Source: an uncultured Candidatus Saccharibacteria bacterium
GTDB lineage: Bacteria; Patescibacteriota; Minisyncoccia; Phycocordibacterales; UBA9973
Direction: 5' to 3'
Assembly: GCA_964622505.1 (NCBI GenBank)
Contig: CAZUQJ010000002.1
Span: 71,905 to 135,904 of the forward strand
Length of the DNA stretch: 64,000 nt
The notes below the pieces were generated by a model. That model worked only from the letters and a program-made list of their open reading frames with translations. It searched no databases and was not told where the DNA came from. Shown one piece after another: positions 1-8,524 of this stretch (position 1 is its first letter; every line of letters begins with the position of its first letter). A program made the position numbers and the translations under genes.

Positions 1-528
1 GTAATCTTCCACCAAAGGCTTTTCTATCTTTACCACAGGTGCCATTTCTTGCGTCGGATCATTTTCTACACTACTTTCTTCTTCTGTTGGGATTTCGGAA
101 GTACTGGTTTCGTGAGTGTAATCTCCGATATTTAGTTTCTTTTGAATCCCGTTCCATGCTACTTGTACTGCGATCTCGGGTGGTAGGCGCATGGTGTTGG
201 CTACGTCTTCATCTACGTATTCTTTTATAAGTTGGTTTGTTTTATCATTGTATCTCCCTGCCCCTATGGTTGCAGCTAGACTGCCTGCCATGATTATACT
301 TGCCCATATTGCACTCCTAACAATCTTCTTTGTTCTCGATACTCGTTTCTTCTCTGGTGAATTTCCAGCATCATTTTCTTTTGCGAGTTCTTCGAGCAAG
401 AGGTCGTGACCTTTCTTCCATTCCTCATATTTCTCTAATAGATTTGCTTGTTCTTGTTGCAGAAGTTTGATCTCTTTTGAAAGATCAGTGTTGTTATTTT
501 CTAAATTTTTTTCTGTATCTGGAGACAT
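1..528 (-). CDS. Partial (N-terminal part only; gene continues past window start) coiled-coil + single-TM protein; paralog of the next gene
   Basis: Minus-strand reading from ATG (rc of cat 526-528) gives MSPDTEKNLENNNTDL...YEEWKKGHDLL... plus a hydrophobic helix IWASIIMAGSLAATIGAG. The N-terminus resembles that of 530..2269 (YEEWEKSHKEL). Hand translation, no stop in window. Confidence 0.45.
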   Translation of the reverse strand, partial: MSPDTEKNLENNNTDLSKEIKLLQQEQANLLEKYEEWKKGHDLLLEELAKENDAGNSPEKKRVSRTKKIVRSAIWASIIMAGSLAATIGAGRYNDKTNQLIKEYVDEDVANTMRLPPEIAVQVAWNGIQKKLNIGDYTHETSTSEIPTEEESSVENDPTQEMAPVVKIEKPLVEDY

Positions 529-529
529 T

Positions 530-2269
530 TTATTTATTGGCTGCATATATCTTAACAGAGTTTGAGTATTTCAACACATTTGCCACGTACCTGTTCTGGA
601 TCTTTTTTGTATTATTTTTTATAACATTTCGGAATTCTTTTGGATTGTTGTAATGCAGCACTGCAAGTTCGCGGTACTTGTCTTTTTGGTTGGTTGGAAT
701 GTTGCCTGAATAAATGTCCAATAAATGCGAAATTGTTGCGATACTCGATTTGGATACATCAAACAGGTCAGATGTCTTGCTGATATCAAATATTTCTCTT
801 ACCTTTGGATTGATGGAATTGATGCGTATTTGAGTGGTTCCTGCGCTTACATTTTTCTCGAGCATTGCTCCGAGTTTATCCATTACTCTGCCTGTCTGCC
901 CGGTAAATCCACCGTAGGTTCCAAAGCTTGATTCTTGGCCGAAAATTCCGTAAGCAACTTTTACAAATTCATTGTACACACTATTGGGTACCTCGGGGTA
1001 CAGCTTCATTATTTCCTGTTTTTTCTCTGCTAGTGTTTGTAGGAATTCTTTACCATCTTCATTTATTGTATCTGCTTTTGCCATAATAGGCTGGGGATTG
1101 TAGGGCCTGACAGTTTTGTTCACTTCTTTTTCATTTGATACGAACCGTAGCTCACCGTTGGTAAATATAAATTTGTTGTGAGGGTCGTCTGGTAGAACAT
1201 AGACATTTGTCCCAGGGCCAAATCCCTCTTGGTTTGCTAAGTTTTTTATTGAATTGGCTTGGAAATTCATACAACCATTGGTCATCCTGTCATCTTCAGT
1301 ATTTCCGTTATTAAAAAATTTTCTTCGTTCTGGTAATGTTTTGTGTAACACAGTAGGGACTTCGATTCCGCGCTCGTTGACCAGAGTAAATGAAGGTAAA
1401 TGGTCATAAGTACTTTCTTTGTTTATCGTATATATACCTGCACCAGTTTGCCTGTTGCCCTGCTCCCAATAGACTTTGCCATCATGGATCACTGTTTCTG
1501 TTTGCTCGTCGCCCTTATTCATACCAGTCCCTACTTCGTAAGTAGAGATTAGGTCGCCATGCTCATATAGATGTGCGAGCGCCATCTCCTTATCGATAAT
1601 CAAATATTTCCCTGGTATATCTTTGCGGAATTCATTGATAATAGAAATGTTGTCGAGTTTATTGATCTCTTCTTCGTAGAGCTTGATACTGTTCCAGTCT
1701 TTTAAATTTTCTACTTTCAAGTTGTCGTAAGCGAGAGCTTCGTCGGAGTATTTGAAGCTGAAGCTGGTGCTAGCTGCAAAATTGCAAACCACTGCCAAGG
1801 CGAGCAATGTTTGGCGAACCTTTCTCTTTACTTTCTTCAAGATAGATTCCTTGCCGTCTGCTTCTTGCTTTGGTGTAGGTTCTATTTCTTTGTCATTCAT
1901 GTCGGCAATGACAGCTTCTTCTACCACTGATCTGATCTCCTCTTCTGTTTTCCCGTGTAACTCCTCTTGGATTTCTTCCGCACCAGACTCAGCTATGGCT
2001 TCGTCGATGATCTCGTCGACACTTATTTGCAAAGGTTCTTTTGTCTCTTGTTTTTCTACTTTTTCTACGTCCCCTCCCGTGTTTTCTTTTTTCTCTACTA
2101 AAATTTTCTTTCTTTTAGCTGGTTCTTTTTTTTCTTTCAAGCTTGCGTTGTATGCATTCACAAGCTCCTTGTGGGATTTTTCCCATTCTTCATACTGAGC
2201 CTGAAGTTCTTTCAAGTTTTTTCTCAGTTCTGTAAGCTCTGTATTATTTTTTTCAAAACTTTTTTCCAT
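530..2269 (-). CDS. Membrane-anchored coiled-coil protein with L,D-transpeptidase (YkuD)-like domain and unknown C-terminal domain
   Basis: N-terminal charged coiled coil, TM helix LLALAVVCNFAASTSF, then YLIIDKEMALAHLYEHGDLISTYEVGTG...HKTLPERRKFF...TNGCMNF...GTNVYVL matching the YkuD His/Cys catalytic layout. Confidence 0.5.
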   Translation of the reverse strand: MEKSFEKNNTELTELRKNLKELQAQYEEWEKSHKELVNAYNASLKEKKEPAKRKKILVEKKENTGGDVEKVEKQETKEPLQISVDEIIDEAIAESGAEEIQEELHGKTEEEIRSVVEEAVIADMNDKEIEPTPKQEADGKESILKKVKRKVRQTLLALAVVCNFAASTSFSFKYSDEALAYDNLKVENLKDWNSIKLYEEEINKLDNISIINEFRKDIPGKYLIIDKEMALAHLYEHGDLISTYEVGTGMNKGDEQTETVIHDGKVYWEQGNRQTGAGIYTINKESTYDHLPSFTLVNERGIEVPTVLHKTLPERRKFFNNGNTEDDRMTNGCMNFQANSIKNLANQEGFGPGTNVYVLPDDPHNKFIFTNGELRFVSNEKEVNKTVRPYNPQPIMAKADTINEDGKEFLQTLAEKKQEIMKLYPEVPNSVYNEFVKVAYGIFGQESSFGTYGGFTGQTGRVMDKLGAMLEKNVSAGTTQIRINSINPKVREIFDISKTSDLFDVSKSSIATISHLLDIYSGNIPTNQKDKYRELAVLHYNNPKEFRNVIKNNTKKIQNRYVANVLKYSNSVKIYAANK

Positions 2270-3550
2270 TTATTTTGATTGTTTATTCTTTTCTTCCCTT
2301 AATTCCTCGAAGTATTTAGATTCTTCTTTGGCGTATTCTAGTAAGTCGGGTTCCGCCATACCTTTTCTGTAGGTATAAGGTGAAGTGTGAAGATATTCTT
2401 GAAGGCTTATTTTTCCATCCAGATAATCAAAGGACAGCTGAGCCATTTGTTTTACTTCTTCGGTTACGTTTTGTTTTGCTTCTCCTCGAGCTCGATTAAT
2501 ACCAAATTCTGTTAAATTGCGTTTTGCTTTGACGTAATCTTCCTCGGTTAGGTTGTTTATGATTTCCTTATCAATTTTTTCTTGTGTGCTTTCGTTGTTC
2601 TTTGGTTTCTCGATAGTTTCATTTTTTTCTCCTTTTTTTAGACTCTTTAATTCTTCGTTGTATTTCGCATCAATTTCTTTGAATTTTGCATCTCTTTTGT
2701 GAGCTCCCATAGGCAAATAGTCAGCTGATTCTCGAAATGCTTTGATTTCTTCTTCTTTCCTTTTTTCTATTTCGGCTCTCTTTATATCTTCTAATTCTTT
2801 GTCGTATTTTTTGGTAATCAAACTAATAGCCATGTACCCTTTGTTTTTGTCTTTTGAATCTTCGTAAACAAAGTTAATATAATCTAATTCTTTTTGCTTT
2901 CTTTTTTCTATATCTTCTATTTTTAAATCTTCTAACTCTTTATCGTATTTATTATTTACTATTTTTAAAAATTGTTCAAGTATTTCTTCTGAGAATGAAT
3001 TCTTCTTCCAATTTTTAGTTGTTTCATTTAATTCCTCTTGTCTTCTTTTTTCTATGTCAGCTATTTTTTCTTCCAAGGATTCATTTTTTGTTTCTTCTTC
3101 TGGGTTTTCTTGTTTTTGGTCGTTTTCTTCTGCTTCTTCTCCTACAATTGGGATTTCCTCCTCTTCTAATTCATCACCCCCTGTTTCAACATCGTCTTCT
3201 TCTGCGATAGGGATAACTTCCTCTATCAAAGTAGCTTCCTTGTTCTTTTTTGCTTCGATTTTTTTCTTCAATTCCTCATATTTTGCAAGCTTTATTTCAT
3301 AAGCTTTTTCAAGCTTGAAATGGTTTGCTACCAGCTCTGCAAATTCTTTGTCAAAGTTTTCTTTCTTTATCCTTTCCTCCTCTGCCTTTTTCTCTTCCTC
3401 ATTATTATTTACTTCAGTTTCTGTTTTAACCTCTACCTTTTTTTTCTTTTCATCAAGGATATCAAAAGCCGCCTTTTTTTCATCTAGGATTTTTTGCTTC
3501 GCAATGATTGCGTCGTCGTATTCTTTTGCTGTTGTGTAGTGTTCACTCAT
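2270..3550 (-). CDS. Hypothetical acidic Lys/Glu-rich coiled-coil protein
   Basis: 426 aa ORF, start abuts stop of upstream ORF (3555/3550), repeated KYDKELEDLKIEDIEKRKQKEL motifs, no TM. Confidence 0.55.
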   Translation of the reverse strand: MSEHYTTAKEYDDAIIAKQKILDEKKAAFDILDEKKKKVEVKTETEVNNNEEEKKAEEERIKKENFDKEFAELVANHFKLEKAYEIKLAKYEELKKKIEAKKNKEATLIEEVIPIAEEDDVETGGDELEEEEIPIVGEEAEENDQKQENPEEETKNESLEEKIADIEKRRQEELNETTKNWKKNSFSEEILEQFLKIVNNKYDKELEDLKIEDIEKRKQKELDYINFVYEDSKDKNKGYMAISLITKKYDKELEDIKRAEIEKRKEEEIKAFRESADYLPMGAHKRDAKFKEIDAKYNEELKSLKKGEKNETIEKPKNNESTQEKIDKEIINNLTEEDYVKAKRNLTEFGINRARGEAKQNVTEEVKQMAQLSFDYLDGKISLQEYLHTSPYTYRKGMAEPDLLEYAKEESKYFEELREEKNKQSK

Positions 3551-3554
3551 ATGA

Positions 3555-5045
3555 TTATTTTAGTTCAGATAGTTGCTCGTAATATTTATCCTTAATTATT
3601 TGCAATTCCCTTTTGAATGCTTCCTGGTTTTTTATTATTGGAAGACCACCAGAACTTTTCTCTGTTAGCAATTTAATTAAATTTTTTTCAGCTAATTCTT
3701 TGTTTGCTTGTATTCCAGTAATTTGTCTAACTATATTTTTATGTTTACCCAATAGGTCTTCTTGTTCAGCAGTGAGGACACTATCTTTATTGTTTAGAGA
3801 AAATTCAACTAATTCAAAAACTTTTCTTATATTTTCGTCTTTAATAATATCTTCTATGTTATTAATTTCACTTGTTTGTAATATAATTTTTTCACTTTCT
3901 TTTAGTAAAAATTCTTCTTTCCCTTGCTTCAACTCCGTGATTTCTTTTTCAAGCTGTTTGATTTCATGTTGTAATTGCTCGTGCAGAATTTCCTCTTCTG
4001 GTGTTAAGCCTGTTTCTTCAACAACCTCTTCTGTTGCCTCAACTTCAGCTAGGGCTTCATCCTCTGCTTTTTCTTCGGGCTCACCTGCAAATTCAAAACT
4101 AATTCCTGGTGCACTTAAAAAATTTTTTGCATTATTAAGACTAATTTTTTGCTCACCTGCACCATCAATAGAAAAAACTATATTTTTACCATCATTTTCC
4201 AAAATAGTATATTTAAAAGTTTTGCCGTTTTCATTTACATTCAAAATCTCTCCTGCTTGTGGTCCACCCATTTCAAAAAGCATGTCCGCATTTATTTTTG
4301 ATCCCCCTACTAACTCTTTTTTATTTTTATTAGAAATTCTATTGATCCTTGCTTCGCTTTTAGCTATTCCTCGATCAAGAACCATTTTAAATTCTGGGTC
4401 TTTGGTTGTGTACCCCCTTTTTTGCAAATCATATATAGTTGCTGTTTTTAACTCCTTTTTTGAGAAAGGTTTAAATTCTTTTACTGGCTCTATAGGCTTT
4501 GGAATAATTTTCTCCATGACTGGTACTATTGTATCATTATTTTCTACAACTTCACTTTCTTTAGCCTCTGGATTTTCTACTACAGGTTCCTCTTGAATCG
4601 GCTCTTCTGTTTTTACTTCATTTACAATGTTTGGGGCCTCTGTTCTCGATACGATATCTACCTTCCTGTCTGACACTTCCTCTTTTACTGTAGGTACAAC
4701 TTCCCCCTTTCTGAGCTCAGCTGTCACCCTTTTTATTATCTCATCTTTAATTTGAGAGTTTTTCTGGAATAGATCTATAGAGTCCTGAGAGTTTGTATCG
4801 AAGGGTACCGAGGCTGGGTCTTGGTATTTAGGGTATTCCATAGCAAATTTATTGAAAAGTTCGTCGTATTTTTTACCGAAGTTATCAGCTTCTGGCCTAT
4901 TTTTGCTACCTTTTATGTTTTTGTTGTCACTTTTTTTAGTTGAAAAATCCTTGTCTAGGCTTTTTTGGAATTTTTTGTTTGCATTGCCAAAATGCTCTAA
5001 TTTACGCATGTACCAATTATGCCATAAGTTCTGGAAATATGTCAA
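3555..5045 (-). CDS. Hypothetical Glu-rich coiled-coil protein
   Basis: 496 aa ORF, first gene of a 3-gene minus-strand run ending at 530; the +strand ORF 3613..4596 is its antisense shadow. Confidence 0.55.
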   Translation of the reverse strand: MTYFQNLWHNWYMRKLEHFGNANKKFQKSLDKDFSTKKSDNKNIKGSKNRPEADNFGKKYDELFNKFAMEYPKYQDPASVPFDTNSQDSIDLFQKNSQIKDEIIKRVTAELRKGEVVPTVKEEVSDRKVDIVSRTEAPNIVNEVKTEEPIQEEPVVENPEAKESEVVENNDTIVPVMEKIIPKPIEPVKEFKPFSKKELKTATIYDLQKRGYTTKDPEFKMVLDRGIAKSEARINRISNKNKKELVGGSKINADMLFEMGGPQAGEILNVNENGKTFKYTILENDGKNIVFSIDGAGEQKISLNNAKNFLSAPGISFEFAGEPEEKAEDEALAEVEATEEVVEETGLTPEEEILHEQLQHEIKQLEKEITELKQGKEEFLLKESEKIILQTSEINNIEDIIKDENIRKVFELVEFSLNNKDSVLTAEQEDLLGKHKNIVRQITGIQANKELAEKNLIKLLTEKSSGGLPIIKNQEAFKRELQIIKDKYYEQLSELK

Positions 5046-5226
5046 TTGGTTACCATTTTAAAGGCTTTTTGGGCGATTCTGTCTGTTTTTGCACCCTTTT
5101 TCCACTTTTTGGTTTGACTTGACCCCCTATTTCGGCTACCCTCTATATATAGGTGTACAGGCCTATAAATCTCGAGACGGAAGCACTTTACTTTACAGAC
5201 AGACGATCAGAATTACCCATTTTACC

Positions 5227-6480
5227 ATGAGTATTCAACACTATAAAAAGAAGCCTACGAGCGAAAATTCTTTGCAAAAAGAAACAGCCGTACCTTCTAA
5301 AATATCTATATTTTACAAGCCTTTTATACTAAAAGGTTTTTCCGTTTTACTCCTACTTGCCCTCATCCTCTTACCTGTTAGCAAGGCAAATGCCGGCTTT
5401 TTCTCCTCTATTGGCCAGTTTTTTGGTATGGGTGCGGAAGCTTCCGAGAATGAGAGTCTCGGTACTAATACCAATTCCCAGACCATGCGCCTAATGGAGC
5501 CAACCCTTACCCCAGAGCTCAAACTTGGTTCTACGGCTCTCGATATGACTATTGTCGACGACCAAGCCTTGGAATCCAACAACATGGGCCCATTGGGAGT
5601 AAGCGATATTGAGCAAAAATACGTTACTACAAAGAAAATTCAAACACATACTGTAGTATCAGGCGATACTCTAGAGAAAATCTCTAAAAAGTTCGGAATT
5701 TCCAAAAATACCCTTATAAATTCAAACGACTCCTTGTCTGCTAAGGGTAGCCTCAAGGTGGGCCAAGTTCTCGCTATCTTGCCTGTGGAGGGTATAGCCT
5801 ATGATGTAAAGAAGGGCGATACGATAGAGAGTTTGGCTCGCAAGTACAATTCATCTGCAAAAGAGATCCTCAAGTATAACAGCTTGGACGATGCATCCGA
5901 CTTGCAAATTGGCGATACTATTGTTCTACCAGGTGGCAAAAAGCTTGTAGCCAAAGTCACAGAGAAGAAAGTCGAGGTCCCAAAGCCTACAAGGCCTACA
6001 CAAATAGAGGAAGATACTCCGCAACAAACGCAACCCACACCATCTGACCCAACACCTACAGAGAAGTCGGATTCAACCCCATCTTCAAACGGATACATCT
6101 GGCCATTCCCTCTAGGTGCAGGAAGTGTATCCCAACGTCTACATGATGACAATGCTATAGACTTGCGAGCACCAAAAGGTACTCCAATATATGCGATCAA
6201 AGACGGAACTGTGCTAATCGCCGACTCCGCGGGCTACAATGGAGGGTACGGACAGTATGTCGTTATTGACTTCGATGCAGGGGGCCAAGCATTGTACGGA
6301 CACATGAGCAAAGTTGCATCTGTCGCTGGTCAGAAAGTTGCCCAAGGTGACTTGATCGGATACGTCGGCTCGACAGGGCTCTCTACTGGCAACCACTTGC
6401 ATATCAGTCTGCGTGACGGGCTCAAGAATCCGTACGCATTCTTGAAGAAAGGAGGCACGAGCGCAGATTTCAATAAATAA
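5227..6480 (+). CDS. LysM (x2) + M23 family metallopeptidase (peptidoglycan endopeptidase)
   Basis: Two LysM repeats (HTVVSGDTLEKISKKFGIS..., YDVKKGDTIESLARKYNSS...) and M23 motifs HDDNAIDL...GYGQYVVIDF...STGLSTGNHLHISL. ORF opens at 5089 but the start is probably ATG 5227 (MSIQHYKK), just before the TM/signal segment. Confidence 0.85.
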   Translation: MSIQHYKKKPTSENSLQKETAVPSKISIFYKPFILKGFSVLLLLALILLPVSKANAGFFSSIGQFFGMGAEASENESLGTNTNSQTMRLMEPTLTPELKLGSTALDMTIVDDQALESNNMGPLGVSDIEQKYVTTKKIQTHTVVSGDTLEKISKKFGISKNTLINSNDSLSAKGSLKVGQVLAILPVEGIAYDVKKGDTIESLARKYNSSAKEILKYNSLDDASDLQIGDTIVLPGGKKLVAKVTEKKVEVPKPTRPTQIEEDTPQQTQPTPSDPTPTEKSDSTPSSNGYIWPFPLGAGSVSQRLHDDNAIDLRAPKGTPIYAIKDGTVLIADSAGYNGGYGQYVVIDFDAGGQALYGHMSKVASVAGQKVAQGDLIGYVGSTGLSTGNHLHISLRDGLKNPYAFLKKGGTSADFNK

Positions 6481-6487
6481 AACGAGT

Positions 6488-6778
6488 ATGAAGTTTTCTA
6501 AAACAATTTTAATTATTACGAGTTTCTTTATAAGCTTTACGCTATTCTTTGGAAGTTTCAGTCCAGTGTTCGCTGCAACCACTACTGTCAAGAAAACAAC
6601 AACAGTAAAAAAGTCTGCGACCAAGAAAGCACCGGCAAAAAAGAAAGTATCAAAAAAGAAAAGTTCTGTAAACCTCAATCCCCCGCGCATAACGCTTGCA
6701 ACCGCTCCGCACTCAGAAAAGAAGTCCAAAGCAAAAAAGAAGACAACAAAAAAGCCGGTAGTAAAAAAGAAAGCATAA
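6488..6778 (+). CDS. Small secreted lysine-rich protein
   Basis: Signal peptide (ILIITSFFISFTLFFGSFSPVFA) then KKTTTVKK/AKKK repeats; followed by a strong hairpin terminator. Confidence 0.4.
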   Translation: MKFSKTILIITSFFISFTLFFGSFSPVFAATTTVKKTTTVKKSATKKAPAKKKVSKKKSSVNLNPPRITLATAPHSEKKSKAKKKTTKKPVVKKKA

Positions 6779-6782
6779 AAAA

Positions 6783-6815
6783 TTCCCCCAGAGCTTGTCG
6801 AAGGGGAATTTTTTA
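6783..6815. terminator. Bidirectional hairpin terminator (ttccccc-agagcttgtcga-aggggaa + T run)
   Basis: Perfect 7-bp stem and T tract between convergent genes; its loop is shared with the hairpin at 62611..62647. Confidence 0.6.
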
Positions 6816-6816
6816 T

Positions 6817-8502
6817 TTAGGCAACTTCTTGTTGGTAGCAACTTTCGCAATAAATAATTTCTTTTCTGTCTGGAGCGTAGCTAGTCTGGAATGTTTCAGC
6901 GCATGTTGTACCTCCGTGATTGATATGCTTTTCAATAGTACACACACATTTACCCGGATACAATTTACGCGGGTTTCTTTTTGCCATTCTGGCTTGATGC
7001 CTACATTCGAAGTCCTTGTGTGGAATTGGTAAATTCATTCGTTTATAGAAATCAAATTCAGCTTTTGTTATTTTGTAATTCTTGCCACACTCATTACAAG
7101 CCAATATTTCTGAAGTAATTGCATCAGTCACAGTTGTAATACTCGAAGGTATTGTATTCTCGGGCATTGTTTCTTTACCAAAGGTGCCCGTGTTCTTTTC
7201 TTGCCAGCGATACCCCCTTTTTAAAGCCTCATTTCTTTCTAAAGGGAAAAAGTCTTGAGCCAGTGTTTCATTGTACCCAAAAGGTGCAATGTCTGTAGGG
7301 AAAAATTGACCATACTCTTTTTCTTTTTTCATTTGGTTTTCGATTTTTTCTTTTATTTTGAAATATTCTTCTTTTGAGTATGGCTTATTAAGGATCATAT
7401 AGTTACCTTTACGCACAGCAATACATCCAAACGCATTAGATAGATGATGACAGCTTTCACAATACTCAACTTCATTGCAATAAAAAACAAATGCTGAATT
7501 TTTTAATTTACTTCCTTCTAGCGCTCCCATTATATTGTATCCAAACTCTGGCTTATAGTAATAGTTGTTGCAGTCCATACTGTCTATAGGATTCTCTGAG
7601 TCTGTCATGTATGAGCAATTTTTAGAATCATATGTATCAAAAAGCATAACTCCCTCGTGACAGTTGTGCAGATAGTCTCCAGTGACATTATGGCATTTTG
7701 TTTGTGAAGTATATTTTCTAATGGCTTGAAGTTTTATCTCCTCAAAATCTTTTTTTGCCTTCTCTATTGTTTTGAAGCTCTCAAGGATTTCTTTTTTCTT
7801 TTTTTCAAATTCTTCTTTTGTGTATTTTACATTTAAAATAGAGTTTGACATGTGTCGGCCGTTTGTACAAAATATGCAATTTGATGAGTCTCGCATATTG
7901 AAACAAAACAGTAGGTCGGTAGAAGATTGGCATTGCTCAGAGTACATGCACTTAAAGCATGAGCGACAGTCCGTACATTCGTAGCAAAGTTCTGACTCAT
8001 GTAGAAATGCACAGTCTACACAAAATTTATCACGTTGCAAGAGTCTCCCGTACATACAGTCTTCGTTATAGTCAGCAGCGAATATTAAATAACAATCTTT
8101 ATTTTCTGCTGAACCGTTTGTGTACTCACTACGTACATTGTTAAAAGCCATTAAGCTTAATCTAGGCACCTCTTGTTGCAAGGCTTTGTACTGTTCAAAA
8201 AAAGATTTAGAAAAATCATAATCCACCCCGTAATCTTTTGGATCCCAGCCATCACCCCACCAGCAGTCATGACAATAGACTTTAAATGGTGATTCAGGTG
8301 TATACACAGTAATCATATCTTTGTTGCACATATCGCAAGGCCTTTTATAGAATGTTCTCTCGTTGCGGAAATTCAGTCGTTTGGCCATTCTGCAATCAGG
8401 GCAGAAAAGCGGGTGTGGGCTCTTCATCTGCTCATAAAAAACTATATCTTCGTCGCGAATTACAAATTCCTTTTCGCATGTCTTGCATAGTTGGTTAATC
8501 AT
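6817..8502 (-). CDS. Cysteine-rich protein with zinc-ribbon modules at both termini (paralog 1 of 3)
   Basis: N-term CKTCEKEF...FYEQMKSPHPLFCPDCRMAKRLNFRNERTFYKRPCDMCNK...YCHDCWW, central CxxC-dense repeats, C-term CNECGKNYKITKAEFDFYKRMNLPIPHKDFECRHQARMAKR...YCESCYQQEVA. Same layout in 29955..31652 and 31713..33494. Confidence 0.7.
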   Translation of the reverse strand: MINQLCKTCEKEFVIRDEDIVFYEQMKSPHPLFCPDCRMAKRLNFRNERTFYKRPCDMCNKDMITVYTPESPFKVYCHDCWWGDGWDPKDYGVDYDFSKSFFEQYKALQQEVPRLSLMAFNNVRSEYTNGSAENKDCYLIFAADYNEDCMYGRLLQRDKFCVDCAFLHESELCYECTDCRSCFKCMYSEQCQSSTDLLFCFNMRDSSNCIFCTNGRHMSNSILNVKYTKEEFEKKKKEILESFKTIEKAKKDFEEIKLQAIRKYTSQTKCHNVTGDYLHNCHEGVMLFDTYDSKNCSYMTDSENPIDSMDCNNYYYKPEFGYNIMGALEGSKLKNSAFVFYCNEVEYCESCHHLSNAFGCIAVRKGNYMILNKPYSKEEYFKIKEKIENQMKKEKEYGQFFPTDIAPFGYNETLAQDFFPLERNEALKRGYRWQEKNTGTFGKETMPENTIPSSITTVTDAITSEILACNECGKNYKITKAEFDFYKRMNLPIPHKDFECRHQARMAKRNPRKLYPGKCVCTIEKHINHGGTTCAETFQTSYAPDRKEIIYCESCYQQEVA

Positions 8503-8524
8503 AGATATTTTTAATATAGCATAA

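Noticed and set aside
3613-4596. 327-aa + strand ORF
   Set aside because: Antisense shadow of the GAA/AAA-rich 3555..5045 gene; Ser/Phe-rich low-complexity translation. The same applies to 44278..44961 inside rny, 12191..12601 and others inside pnp, and 1752..2198.
5089-5226. N-terminal 46 codons of ORF 5089..6480
   Set aside because: They precede the signal/TM segment and overlap the divergent promoter region; the internal ATG at 5227 gives a standard secreted LysM-M23 architecture.
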